From the IMG/VR virus record IMGVR_UViG_3300030708_002931, positions 1-24,531 of that record: DNA of 24,531 nucleotides. One strand, given 5' to 3'. Positions 1 to 10,700 of the stretch are shown in pieces (the stretch's first letter is position 1; each line of letters begins with the position of its first letter). A model generated the notes under the pieces. The model was not told where the DNA came from. It was given only the letters and a program-made list of their open reading frames with translations, and made no database searches. Origin of the DNA: a virus (Duplodnaviria; Caudoviricetes). The position numbers and the translations under genes are program-made.

Positions 1-35
1 TTCTTTCGAACTTTTGATTTTGATCTCCATGCCAT
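1..35 (-). CDS. 5' start of the next gene (MAWRSKSKVRK...), truncated by the window edge; product unknown
   Basis: ATG at 35-33, 1 nt after the phoH stop (39-37), with an open frame to the window end. This matches the tight packing of the other genes. Confidence 0.5.
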   Translation of the reverse strand, partial: MAWRSKSKVRK

Positions 36-36
36 A

Positions 37-705
37 TTAATGATAACCGTTTAATAATTCTAAAAGATCGTCTATAGCACCATGTCTATGTGAATCATTT
101 AGAACTGTTTTATATACATATTCTGAATTAGTTAATTTTGCCATATCATGATATGCAGAATAATTTTTATCTTTTAAATCTATTTGATAAGAATCTCCGC
201 AGAATAACATTTTTGAATCTTTACCTAATCTTCCAATTGCCATTGCCAATTGTGATCTTGTCAGGTTTTGAAATTCATCTACAATAACAATTGCATTATC
301 AAATGTCCTACCTCTAAAATGTGCCAATGATACTAATTCAATTTGTTCAGCTTTCTCCATTTTTTCCAATATCATAGGTTTATTATAAACCTTTCTCATA
401 TTGCTTCTAATTGGTACTAACCATGGTTCCATTTTTTCTCTTTCTGAACCTGGTAAGAATCCATTATCTTCTGTAGAAATGGTAGGCCTTGTTATAATAA
501 TTTTATTGTATTGTCTTTTGAAAAATTGATCTAATGCAACCTGTACTGCTAAAAGTGTTTTACCTGATCCAGCTTTTCCTACAATAAAATTATAAGGATG
601 TTTTAAGATTTGAGTTTTAGCTTTCTTTTGTTCTGTAGAAAGCGAAAGTGAAAACCTTACAGCCCCTTTCGGCGGGCTCTTTACCATATTGTCCTTTGTC
701 GCCAT
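37..705 (-). CDS. phoH: PhoH-family ATPase
   Basis: Walker A GKAGSGKT, IIITRP, GFLPG..EKMEPW, FRGRTF, Walker B IVDEFQN, RLG..SK..FCGD..QIDL, terminal HRH. AAGGAG ribosome-binding site upstream. Confidence 0.95.
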   Translation of the reverse strand: MATKDNMVKSPPKGAVRFSLSLSTEQKKAKTQILKHPYNFIVGKAGSGKTLLAVQVALDQFFKRQYNKIIITRPTISTEDNGFLPGSEREKMEPWLVPIRSNMRKVYNKPMILEKMEKAEQIELVSLAHFRGRTFDNAIVIVDEFQNLTRSQLAMAIGRLGKDSKMLFCGDSYQIDLKDKNYSAYHDMAKLTNSEYVYKTVLNDSHRHGAIDDLLELLNGYH

Positions 706-734
706 ACATGACTCCTTTTTGTTAACCTATTTAA

Positions 735-743
735 TATAAATAT
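735..743 (-). promoter_or_regulatory. Putative phage late promoter motif ATATTTATA upstream of phoH
   Basis: One of five intergenic ATATTTAT[A/T] copies, about 30 nt upstream of the ATG. Confidence 0.65.
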
Positions 744-2480
744 TTAGTAATCCCATCTAATTAGGAAATTCATATCAATATCTTCTCTTTTTTGTATTGG
801 CCTTGCTAGTTTTGCAACTGCTAATAATTGAGCGTCATCATCATATAAACCTACTGTTGTAATATAAGGTTTAAAACCACTACCAGTAAATTGTGGTTGT
901 ATTTTTTCACTTTTTGGTTTTCTTAATGATGGATTCATACTTACATTGCATTCGCCGGCTGGAACTTTTACTAATACTTCATTTTCATAAATTGTTCTTG
1001 AAGATTTATATTCTAAATTCCAACTTCCTTTTAACGAGTTCCAATATTTTGGCATTGGATTTGAAATAACTAACTGACCTGATCTGTAAAATGCGTTACC
1101 TGCAACACTTGTTTGATATAATGATCCTGATAAATAATCTCTATTAGATAGCGAATTAATTTCTGTTTGCGAAAGGTATGTATTATAAATTCTTACTTCA
1201 TCTAAACTTCCAGAAAGGCCTGCTCCTTTTATTGCATTTACAGATCCAAACATTAAATGTGATGGATTCATTACATTAACATTATCATCATTATGAAAAT
1301 TATCTGTACGTACTGTTTCTCTAGTTCCATTGACATATAATTCTAATGTTGATCCTGATTTTTGACATACTACATGGTTCCAACCAGACTCTGTCACATA
1401 GGTAACTGAAGGCATTGATATAATCTTTGTTCCATCTGATCTTCTAAAATGTATTTTTCCTGCGGCAACAGATTCATGTTCATGATTTGTTACTGAAATA
1501 TCAAATGGATATCTTGTTCTTGTAATATTTGTGTCTTGAAAAATCACTCTTCTATTTGATTTTTTATTAATACGTACAGGGATACGTTCAACACCTCGTT
1601 TTGTTATAATTCCATTTTCAGGAACTTTTGATGATGAAAATGCTTGATGTTTTGGTAACCTACACCAAAATGAAATTGCAAAATCATCATTATTTTGAAA
1701 ATTAACTTTATTATTGAGATCACGATTTTGTATATATGCACCAGATCCAGAATCAAATTCTATACATAAACCTGATGCTGTTGCTTCTTGGGTTGTAATA
1801 ACTCCTGGTCTATGACTTGTAAAGAATGCTGTAGATCTAAAATTTTCATTTTTCTTTCTTTGCCCGTCTTCTACTCGAACTGGGATATGAGTTTTTCCTT
1901 GAGCAAAATCTTTTCCTAATGTTCCTTGATTTAATTCAAAAAATCTAAATTCATCTTGAAATCCCCAATAACCAATTAGTTTATGTTTTTTAACAAAACT
2001 TGCAGAATCTATTAAATGGTCACGAAGATTTCCATATTTATCATCTTTCAATGTTACTGTTGTAGTGGTCATTAAATCTGTATAAGAAATGTTTACAGAT
2101 GTACGTTTTATATTTTCTCCGTGTTTAACATATGGAACAACTATTAAACTACATGAATAGAATAAACTTTTTTCTGTATATCTTGGGTTATAATGTTCCA
2201 TAGTATTCATAGGAACATGTTTTGTTTCTGGTCTATAAAACATATGATCTACAGATTTCCAAGTTACAGTTTGAAACGTTCCATCTGCATTTTTTACGTT
2301 ATCTTCAGCTAATGAAGAACTTATTGGTGTTGTTTGATTATTATGAATACCATGACGTAAAATAAAATGATTACCTAAATAACTGTCTTGATTTTCTTTG
2401 AACGTTGTATTTGCCTCGAATGGTGTTATCGAAATATCATCTCCGTTAATTGGTCTGAATACTACTGCTCTTGAAGCCAT
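744..2480 (-). CDS. Virion baseplate/tail protein with a LamG (concanavalin A-like) domain and a C-terminal tail-collar-fibre-like motif
   Basis: LamG motifs LIGYWGF, DFAISFW, GWNHVVCQKSGSTLELYVNG, GSLDEVRIYNTYLSQTEI. C-terminal YITTVGLYDDDAQLLAVAKL is shared with the 475-aa neighbour. Confidence 0.8.
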   Translation of the reverse strand: MASRAVVFRPINGDDISITPFEANTTFKENQDSYLGNHFILRHGIHNNQTTPISSSLAEDNVKNADGTFQTVTWKSVDHMFYRPETKHVPMNTMEHYNPRYTEKSLFYSCSLIVVPYVKHGENIKRTSVNISYTDLMTTTTVTLKDDKYGNLRDHLIDSASFVKKHKLIGYWGFQDEFRFFELNQGTLGKDFAQGKTHIPVRVEDGQRKKNENFRSTAFFTSHRPGVITTQEATASGLCIEFDSGSGAYIQNRDLNNKVNFQNNDDFAISFWCRLPKHQAFSSSKVPENGIITKRGVERIPVRINKKSNRRVIFQDTNITRTRYPFDISVTNHEHESVAAGKIHFRRSDGTKIISMPSVTYVTESGWNHVVCQKSGSTLELYVNGTRETVRTDNFHNDDNVNVMNPSHLMFGSVNAIKGAGLSGSLDEVRIYNTYLSQTEINSLSNRDYLSGSLYQTSVAGNAFYRSGQLVISNPMPKYWNSLKGSWNLEYKSSRTIYENEVLVKVPAGECNVSMNPSLRKPKSEKIQPQFTGSGFKPYITTVGLYDDDAQLLAVAKLARPIQKREDIDMNFLIRWDY

Positions 2481-2497
2481 TTATTTCCCTTTATAGT

Positions 2498-2530
2498 AAA
2501 AACTCTCTTATACTTATAAATATAAGAGAG
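2498..2530 (-). terminator. Intrinsic terminator-like hairpin
   Basis: Minus strand reads CTCTCTTATA-TTTATAAG-TATAAGAGAG-TTTTT: a perfect 10-bp inverted repeat (2503-2512/2521-2530), 8-nt loop and T5 tract, just after the stop of the 475-aa gene. The stem is AT-rich, so strength is uncertain. Confidence 0.6.
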
Positions 2531-2548
2531 CTTAAAATATGAATCAAA
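2515..2548 (-). promoter_or_regulatory. Putative promoter: ATATTTATA motif with upstream TTTG (TTTG-N20-TATATTTA)
   Basis: ATATTTATA at 2523-2515 and TTTG at 2548-2545. Same spacing as the element upstream of clpP. Also reads as TTGATT-N17-TATATT. Confidence 0.6.
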
Positions 2549-2556
2549 TTACAATA

Positions 2557-3984
2557 TTAGAAGTCTAATTTAACTTTAATTAATGCCTCTCTTGTAAATG
2601 ATTTCAATAAAGGTTTACTTAATTTTGCAACTGCTAACAATTCTCTTCTATCATTATATAATCCAATAGTTGTAATATAAACTTTTGGATCACCAATAAA
2701 TGATGATTGCGCAAATCTACCATTCGAACCTGTTACGAATGTTGGATTATTTGAGAAGTTATATTCAGCATTTGTTGCTCTAACAAAATAATGAGTTGAT
2801 GTTACTTTTTCAGATGATCTTGCTTGGAATCCTAATTTATCATTAGATGCATCTAATAAGAATGCTCCTGAATGCGAAATTGATGTAAATAATTTTAATG
2901 CATTATTACCATTAATTTCAGATCCAGTTGCTGTATTAAATCCACCTGTAACATTTAATACATCTGCAGATAATGCCATGACACCTAAATCAGGATATAA
3001 TAGTCCTACATGATATGGATTAGTAGAATTATATACACCTTGCTCAATAGATCCTGATACTAAATTATATCTTCTACCAAAATGTCCTCTTCTAACAGAA
3101 ATTGCAGAAGTTATTTTTGAATCATCAACAATTCTTAATACAGGATTTGTTTGACCTGTAAACTCAGTTGTTCCATCACTTAATGCTCTAATACCTTCAG
3201 CTGATGATGTATTATCACTATTTGGTCCAGAAAACTTAGATCCAGATAAATATGCAAGATTAAGTTCAATGTTACCTTCATCTAATCTTTCTTTCATTAA
3301 TGCTCTATTAATATTAATAAAGTACATTGAATCTTGATCAACACCGTTAATAGTAAATTTCTTATCATCTGGTTCTAAACATAGTAATCTATATTGAGAA
3401 TAAATTGCTCTTGACGGTGTATCATTTACTTGACCACCTTCGTCTGCTGAACCTGAACCTCCTACATGACCATATGCAATACTAAACATTGATGATGCAG
3501 TAACATCATTTGCAGAATTACCAGTATTGGTCATTTCACCATTGAATACTTCTTGATAATATCTTTTTTGAGTTGCAGTTAATAATGAAGATGTAAAGAA
3601 TCTTGTTTGGTTACCAGTATTATTTGGAAATAATCCTTTTGTAACAATCTCTTGCTGATTAGGGATAACATCAGTATCAAGATCAAATTCAGTAAAGATT
3701 CTTCCATTTCTTGCAGCTAACCTTGCACGCTCTCTTTGTGCAATAAGTTGATTTGCAATTTGTCTTGCTCTTCTTTCAATTTCAATATTTCTAATTCTTG
3801 CCTGATTTGCAATGTCTTGTGCTGTTTCAGCTTGCATTGGACTTGTTCGATTTGGTCTTGGTCTTGGTCTAGCTGAAACTGACCTGTTTGGAACTGCTCT
3901 GTTAAATCTAGCTCCTCGGCCACCTAAACCTCGACGTCCCATTATCATTGATGATCCGCCATAGTTTCTTTTAATTGATGCCAT
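2557..3984 (-). CDS. Virion baseplate/tail structural protein with an Arg-rich N-terminal extension and a C-terminal tail-collar-fibre-like motif
   Basis: 475 aa in the tail module. C-terminal EYNFSNNPT...YITTIGLYNDRRELLAVAKLSKPLLK is paralogous to the end of the 578-aa protein. AGGGA ribosome-binding site. Confidence 0.7.
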   Translation of the reverse strand: MASIKRNYGGSSMIMGRRGLGGRGARFNRAVPNRSVSARPRPRPNRTSPMQAETAQDIANQARIRNIEIERRARQIANQLIAQRERARLAARNGRIFTEFDLDTDVIPNQQEIVTKGLFPNNTGNQTRFFTSSLLTATQKRYYQEVFNGEMTNTGNSANDVTASSMFSIAYGHVGGSGSADEGGQVNDTPSRAIYSQYRLLCLEPDDKKFTINGVDQDSMYFININRALMKERLDEGNIELNLAYLSGSKFSGPNSDNTSSAEGIRALSDGTTEFTGQTNPVLRIVDDSKITSAISVRRGHFGRRYNLVSGSIEQGVYNSTNPYHVGLLYPDLGVMALSADVLNVTGGFNTATGSEINGNNALKLFTSISHSGAFLLDASNDKLGFQARSSEKVTSTHYFVRATNAEYNFSNNPTFVTGSNGRFAQSSFIGDPKVYITTIGLYNDRRELLAVAKLSKPLLKSFTREALIKVKLDF

Positions 3985-4002
3985 ATTATTTTATCCCTAT
4001 TT

Positions 4003-4677
4003 TTATAAAGCTTCTAAAGCTACTCCTGGAGTAGTTTCTAATTCTTGTTTTTCTATTGTTAAGTTGATAGTAACACTACCACCTGTTTCATTACCTACAA
4101 TTGTAATAGTTGCTGTTTTATCCTCAGTAGGCTGTGCTTTTGCAATTACTTCAAATGATAATCCTGAAACAGTTACTGTTTGAGCTGCTTCATTATCACC
4201 AATAAATGCAGGAACGGTTGCACCAGCTCCTCTTCTTCCAGTACCTCTTGTTACTCTCAAGTAAGCAGCATCTGAATCTGATAGGATTGCAGTATAACCA
4301 AATGTTTGATTACCTCTATTGAAGTTTCTTGTATATGGTCTAATTGATGCTGTTCCACCACTTGATAATGTAATACTTCTGTTTTGTACGGAAATTACTG
4401 GGATTCTAGTCGATCTAGAAGGTAATGTAACTAGCTTATATTTCATCATCTGAGTTTCATCTGGTAATGCTTCGATTACCGGCATGTTTTCAATTACAAC
4501 ACCATAATATGCTGTTCCTAATGGATGATCAGGGTTCCATAAATCATAATCCACCTCATCATCTGCTAATGCAAATTGCGTAATTTTAAATTCATCACGA
4601 CCTCTTGCCAACAATTGTCTACCTTTTTTAGTAAGAATTGCATCTACCGTGATTGAACTGTTATCTAAATATCCCAT
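4003..4677 (-). CDS. Virion structural protein with a tail-collar-fibre-like N-terminus and a beta-rich C-terminal domain
   Basis: ILTKKGRQLLARG..FKITQFALAD resembles the first half of the P2 gpH-type/DUF3751 fibre-anchoring domain. AAAGGGA ribosome-binding site and promoter motif upstream. Confidence 0.7.
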   Translation of the reverse strand: MGYLDNSSITVDAILTKKGRQLLARGRDEFKITQFALADDEVDYDLWNPDHPLGTAYYGVVIENMPVIEALPDETQMMKYKLVTLPSRSTRIPVISVQNRSITLSSGGTASIRPYTRNFNRGNQTFGYTAILSDSDAAYLRVTRGTGRRGAGATVPAFIGDNEAAQTVTVSGLSFEVIAKAQPTEDKTATITIVGNETGGSVTINLTIEKQELETTPGVALEAL

Positions 4678-4698
4678 AGTTTTTCCCTTTTATTTTTA

Positions 4699-4707
4699 AA
4701 TAAATAT
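4699..4707 (-). promoter_or_regulatory. Putative phage late promoter motif ATATTTATT
   Basis: Intergenic copy about 22 nt upstream of the ATG at 4677. Confidence 0.65.
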
Positions 4708-4731
4708 GTTTATCATTGAAAAGTATACCAT

Positions 4732-7700
4732 TTATCTAACATCTAAATTAGCGCCATCTGGTAAATCTTTTTTATAAACTAAATTATATCTGTTTCTTTC
4801 TGTTATCTTTACTACTTCTTCGCCATCAATATCATTATCAGATGGTGTATTTATATTTGGAGCAGTTAATTTTGAACCCTTATAGAACGAAGAATCAAAT
4901 TCATCATCTCTATAATCTGCAGCTATTAATGATTCGCTGGTTGCAACTATTCCTATATCTGTAAATGGCGCAAATCCATTACTTCGTCTTGCTCGAGTCA
5001 TAATTTCTCGGCCGCGGCCATATGATTCATTAATATCTCTATTTGCTCTCAAATGTGGATATCTATTCAAATAAGATATTTCTTGTTCATCTAAGTTTTT
5101 ATTATAAAATCTAACATTTGAAATTGAACCAGAATATTGATAACTATTTTCGCTCGAATGATATGCTCCTCCAATTCCCTCAAAATGGAATGAGCCTGAT
5201 CGCTCTTGGTCGCCTGGTCCTGTTATACCTCTTTGCGTGGTTGAAACAAATTTACCGTTAATGTACAATGATAATGATCCTGACGCTGGTAAATCTAAAT
5301 TATAACCATCCCAGTTTAATACTACATGTACTGGTGGTGGATTAGCAGCAGACCTTGCAGCTACAATTGCTGGTTGTGTTCCAAGATTCCAATATTGAGC
5401 TGAATCATCTCTTAATTGAATTTGATTACTACTATTTACCCAAATAAATGGTTTTGTATCATTATCAGGAAAGTTATAATCTGCAGGATTGTTAGCTGTT
5501 AAATCGGTTCCGAACAATACACTTGCAGAATTTATAAATCCTGGAGCTTCTTTAAATAAGAAAGACACTGCCCATTGACCTTTTCTTGTTCCTACAAATC
5601 TTGGTATTTTTACAAATTGATGACCTCTTCGATTAACAAATGCACCTGGATTGAAAGAAGCAGAAAATATTAAAGCATTACCAGTAAATCTATTATGATT
5701 AATAGTTTCAAATGTATAATCAGCTGCAGATTGAGTGACAGTATTAGTATCATTTTGAACGGTGCCTGATGGAACATGTATTAATGCAGTTGAATGGAAT
5801 CTATTTCCTTCTGACATATCCAGCATTTGATCTCCACTAAATTTATTTAATGGATAAAATCTTGCAGCATCATCTTTTGGTGTATAATGAAACACTTTCT
5901 TTTTATATGTAGCAGATTTTCTTTGTTCTGTTATAATAGATGCAGTAGGTGAATTTTCTAAAGGTGATCTTGATTGAGTTGTCCATCCATGAACTGATGA
6001 ATAAAATAAACTAACATGATCATAAATTGCACCCGGATATCCGTTTCCTATATTAAACAAATCTAGGCCTGGGTCAAGAACATCATTTTTCATAGAACTT
6101 GCAGTTGCTATTGTATACACTGGTAAAAACTCTGGTGTCAATCTTACAATTTTTTCTGCAATTGATGCTGTATGTATTAAATGTTCTCCAGATGCACTTG
6201 TAACATTAATTGCAATTGAAGCTGTATAATGCATTGGCTCACCTACCAAATCAGGTCCTGGATCTGTTATTGATGCAGTGTAATGCATTGGCTCTCCAAT
6301 AACATTTTCAACCGGATCAACAATTGATGCGGTATAATGTAATGGTTCCATGTCTGGATCAGGGAATGGATCTGGTATGAAATCTTCATAATGCAGTTCT
6401 TCTCTTGAAGGTTCAGCCTCTACCATTACTTTAGACCTCTCTAACACACTTGGCTCAATTATCAGCCCTGTATCCGCATTTGTTCTAACTGGTATAAGTT
6501 GTTTAACTTGTTGGAAAAATGAAAAATCAAATAATGAAAATATTCTTATATATGCATTTAAGTCATTGTCATTTTCATATTTTTTCCAGTAATCATATGC
6601 AAATCTTTTAAATTTAGGATATTCATCTTTGTATTGATCTTCTGCAGAACCAAAGAAATCATCTAATGCCGCAGAACCTAACTGATTGAATATATCTTTA
6701 TTGATCATGTCCTGTGGAGAAAAGAATATACCTAAACGATTTGAATCATTGGATACTCTATCAAATTGACTAACTTCACCTCTTGTTTCTCTATTCAATG
6801 GATGTACAAGTCGATTATCTTCCAATCGTATTTTTGTAGATTTAAGATTTTTACCTCCTATACTTGGTCCATGAATAAAATATGTTTCATCAACACGTTC
6901 ATAATGATCTTTGTTTACTGAATCAAATTCTGTGCCAGGTCTCCAACTTCCTGATTGTATTCCATCTATTTGATAATAAGAAATATCAAAATCAACTATA
7001 CCTTGACCTTCAGAATTTACCATCACTCGAGAAGCAGTTGCATACGTGCTATAACCAGATACTTCAACACCATTATTTGCATATGGCGGTGAAAAATCTT
7101 TAATCATCCAGGCTGGGTGAGATGATGTTATAATATGATTCACGCTATGATCAAATGATACTTGATTGGTTCCAAATGGATAATGTCTAACTAAAGTATC
7201 AAAAGATGATGATGGTGACAATGGTGATGCATATGATCTTGGATTCAATGTATGCATGTCAAACGTTTCTTGATCTAACACTTCAATCCATTCTCGATAT
7301 TCTTGAAACGAACCAGAGAACATGGCAATGGAACCTGTTCCTGATGTAGGATTAATTGGTGTTCCTGGTGTAAAAGAACTTGTCAATTTAGCTGCGAGCG
7401 CAAATTTAGTGCCTTTTTGATAATCTTTACCTAATCTACCAGGTGCACCTCCCAGGAACATTGCATCACCAATACTGGAATATGAATATGCATTTGCTGG
7501 AGATACAGTTGGTATCCATGATCCTGACGTGCTATGTACTACTTTGCCATCCACATAATCGGATGCCATTTGACATTGCACATACATTTCAACTTCACCA
7601 TCGAGTCCTTTGAGATTTTTAGTAGAAGACATAAGATATTTAGCTGTGGCTTGCTGACCAACAGCTAGGTTATCCACAGATCCTGTTATTTCAAACCAAG

Positions 7701-10700
7701 TTCTAACGTTCCAGAATTGACCGTTAAACAAAGGAACCCAGTCTGTGAATGAACCACTCATACCGTCCTGGCCAACTGTCCATCTAATCCTTCCATATTC
7801 GTCGGAACCAGAATATGATGCTGTATGTTCTATTATTAAGGATTGGTTCATTCTTGCAAACGATAAATTAGCATCAACAGTAGCCCAAATAAATTGTGTT
7901 TCTTTGACAGCAGGCTTAAATCTTAATTCACGCGTTATAATTGGCATACCAGCACCTACTGAACTGTTAGGTAATGGATCTAGTGTTCTACCCCATGAAA
8001 AAGGAGTGCCGCTTGGATCAACGCCAGATATACTTGATGAAACTCTAGAATTACCAAATCTAATAAAAGATCCTCTTTCTACTTGCAGTGCATATGAAAA
8101 TCTATCTTCAATTGCTGCTGGTGTTGTTTCTGGCATTTTAGGTCCACCATATTCTCTAATTGATAACAATGATTCTGGAATTCCATAACATGCCAACAAT
8201 GCTTTTACTGATCTAGATGTTCCTTTGGTTTTCAAAAGATGTGGTAGATTGTTAACTATTCTTCTCCATACTTGAGTAGTTAAATCTTCTTTTGGTGTTG
8301 CTAACGTTACTGCTGATGATTGAGTTACGTATGTTCCGCCGTTAATATATAAATCTGTTATTTCATCTAAAGATAATTTCTTTTTATATATTCTGAATTC
8401 ATCTAATGAGCCTGTTAAATGATCAAATGGAAGACCTGTATTATTTGTATCACTTGCTCCAATAATTGGTTTTGGATAATCACCTTCTAGTTCTGGTCCA
8501 ATATCTGCTGAAGCTGAAACACTAATATCTGATCCTGCTACAAACACGCCGTTTACATATGCAGATGCACTTTCTTGTCTATCAATATTAAACACAATAT
8601 GATGCCATCCATTTGATTCACCACCAGTTGATGCTCCTTGCGGAGACGATGAATTTAAATATGATGATGAAAAATTATTTACAGTTGTTGCTGGTATATT
8701 AACAAAATGAGATCCATTTGATCCTGTATATGTTTGTAACCATTGTAATTTACCTCCGGTGACTTTAACTTGAAATCCTGAATCGATTCCAGATCCTGAC
8801 ATGGCATTAAATATTGTTCCTACTGCATTTGTTGCATCTACATCTTTAAGCCAAAATGATACAGCATAATTGTTACTTCCATAATCATATGGTGTATTAT
8901 ATTTTAAGTATTCATTTGTTCCATTAAATTTTACACCATGGCCGTGCGCTCCTTTAACAAATGATGGCTTTTCAAAATTTTCTAATTGATCTTGTCTTGG
9001 ACTATAATCTATAAAATTCTTTCTTGCAAAATCTGGTCTTCCTTCATCAAACGGAACATATAATACTAAATCTTTGTCAATCTTTCTTTCATTAATTTTA
9101 CCAAATTCACCACGTTCATCAGTTCCTAATAGATACTCGAACAATCTTTCTGATTGATTACCATTAACTAAATGCCATCCTAATGATTCGGCTGCATCAT
9201 ACAATAAATTTTTGGACATACCATGAGCATAATGTTCATCACGATTATAAAGATCGGTTTGATGTTTTATATAAGTCCATAAAATATCATAATGTTGACC
9301 AATCATATGCACAAACGTTTCAAATTCTGCGTTATTAGCATCTTCACGTATATGTTCTGGAACTGATTTAATTAATGCAGCTGCGTTATGAGTATCCCAT
9401 AATGATGCTGATGCTAACAATGCATTATAATAATTAACAGCTATTGATGATGTTGAATGATGTAGTTGATATTGAGCTCCTGGATGTAATCCATCTGCAG
9501 AGCCTGTTGATCTATATTCAATTTTTGGCCATGGTTCAACAGTAAATGTTTGATTATAAATTGACGAACCAGATACCCCATGCGTATAAAAACTTCCTGT
9601 TTGCTCTTTATACAAATATCTTTCGAATCCATCAAATCCGCCAATAACATTATCTTTATATTTTGTATATAATGATTTATTAGCATTTACTTCGCTTGAT
9701 TCTGATACTGATTGTAATGTTGTTATTTGATCGTTATAATATTCTATCAATTCAACTTTATACTTAAAGTTTTTAAGACGTTCAGCTGCAGATGAAAAGT
9801 TTACAAAGTTTTGAAATCCTGAATAATCAATACCTAAGTCCATTCCTTGCAATGAACCGGAAAATATTCTGTCAACAATTTGTTGTGATGTTGAAACAGA
9901 TGATCCTAATAAATCATTCCAACTTGCAAAATTAGTTTCGTTAATTTTTGTAAACTTTGTTTCAATTTCAAAATTTGGTCCACGTAAATTATTAGTTGGA
10001 GCTTGTACTGGTTGTCTATATAAAACAACATTATCTGTATATGGTTGTCTTATTTGCTGAACTATCCAAAACTTTTGTTTTTCTTTTATAAATTCTGGTA
10101 ATGGTTGATACAATTTAATGTATAACTCTTCCATTTCATAAAGATATTTGTAATTAACAAATTGAATTAATCTGTTATTACCTAAGTTCATGAACATTAA
10201 ATGAATAAAGCCATCATCGTTACATAATTCTGGTCTACGTTTTTCAAATAATGCTAATTGATCATGAGTTGTTAATTCTGATGCTTTTGTGTTTGAAGTA
10301 TCTTTTTCAGATGATTTTATATGATCATCACCTATTTTTATTAATAGCTCTGATCGATCTGGTGATATTTCTTTTATATAAAGATTAGAATTATTTGAGT
10401 CTCCAACTAAAGATCTATGGAAATTCAATACAAATTTATATGTTCCTTGAGTTATACCTAAATCTGTTAAGTTTTTATAGATGTCATATTGAACAAAACT
10501 ATCTTCGTCTGCAAAGTGTTTCCAATGATCAGAAACATGATCGCTTGTAACATAACTTCCAATAGTATCATATACATGTAATTCAATAACTTCGTCTAAA
10601 GCAGGATCGTCAAAATTGGTTATTTCTACAGTTTCATGATTAATAACATCTACATCTTCAGCACGTAACTGGACTGCATCTACTGGTCTTGTAGATGAAA

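Noticed and set aside
1-35. Functional call (e.g. endonuclease) for the truncated first ORF
   Set aside because: Only 11 codons are visible, which is too little to support any assignment.
744-2770. Shared C-termini of the 578-aa and 475-aa genes as a recombination or inversion cassette
   Set aside because: Similarity is at protein level with diverged DNA, same orientation, and no recombinase nearby.
6133-6402. 54-bp repeats as a CRISPR array or diversity-generating retroelement target
   Set aside because: In-frame degenerate coding repeats with no spacer structure, no adenine-specific variation and no reverse transcriptase or cas gene in the window.
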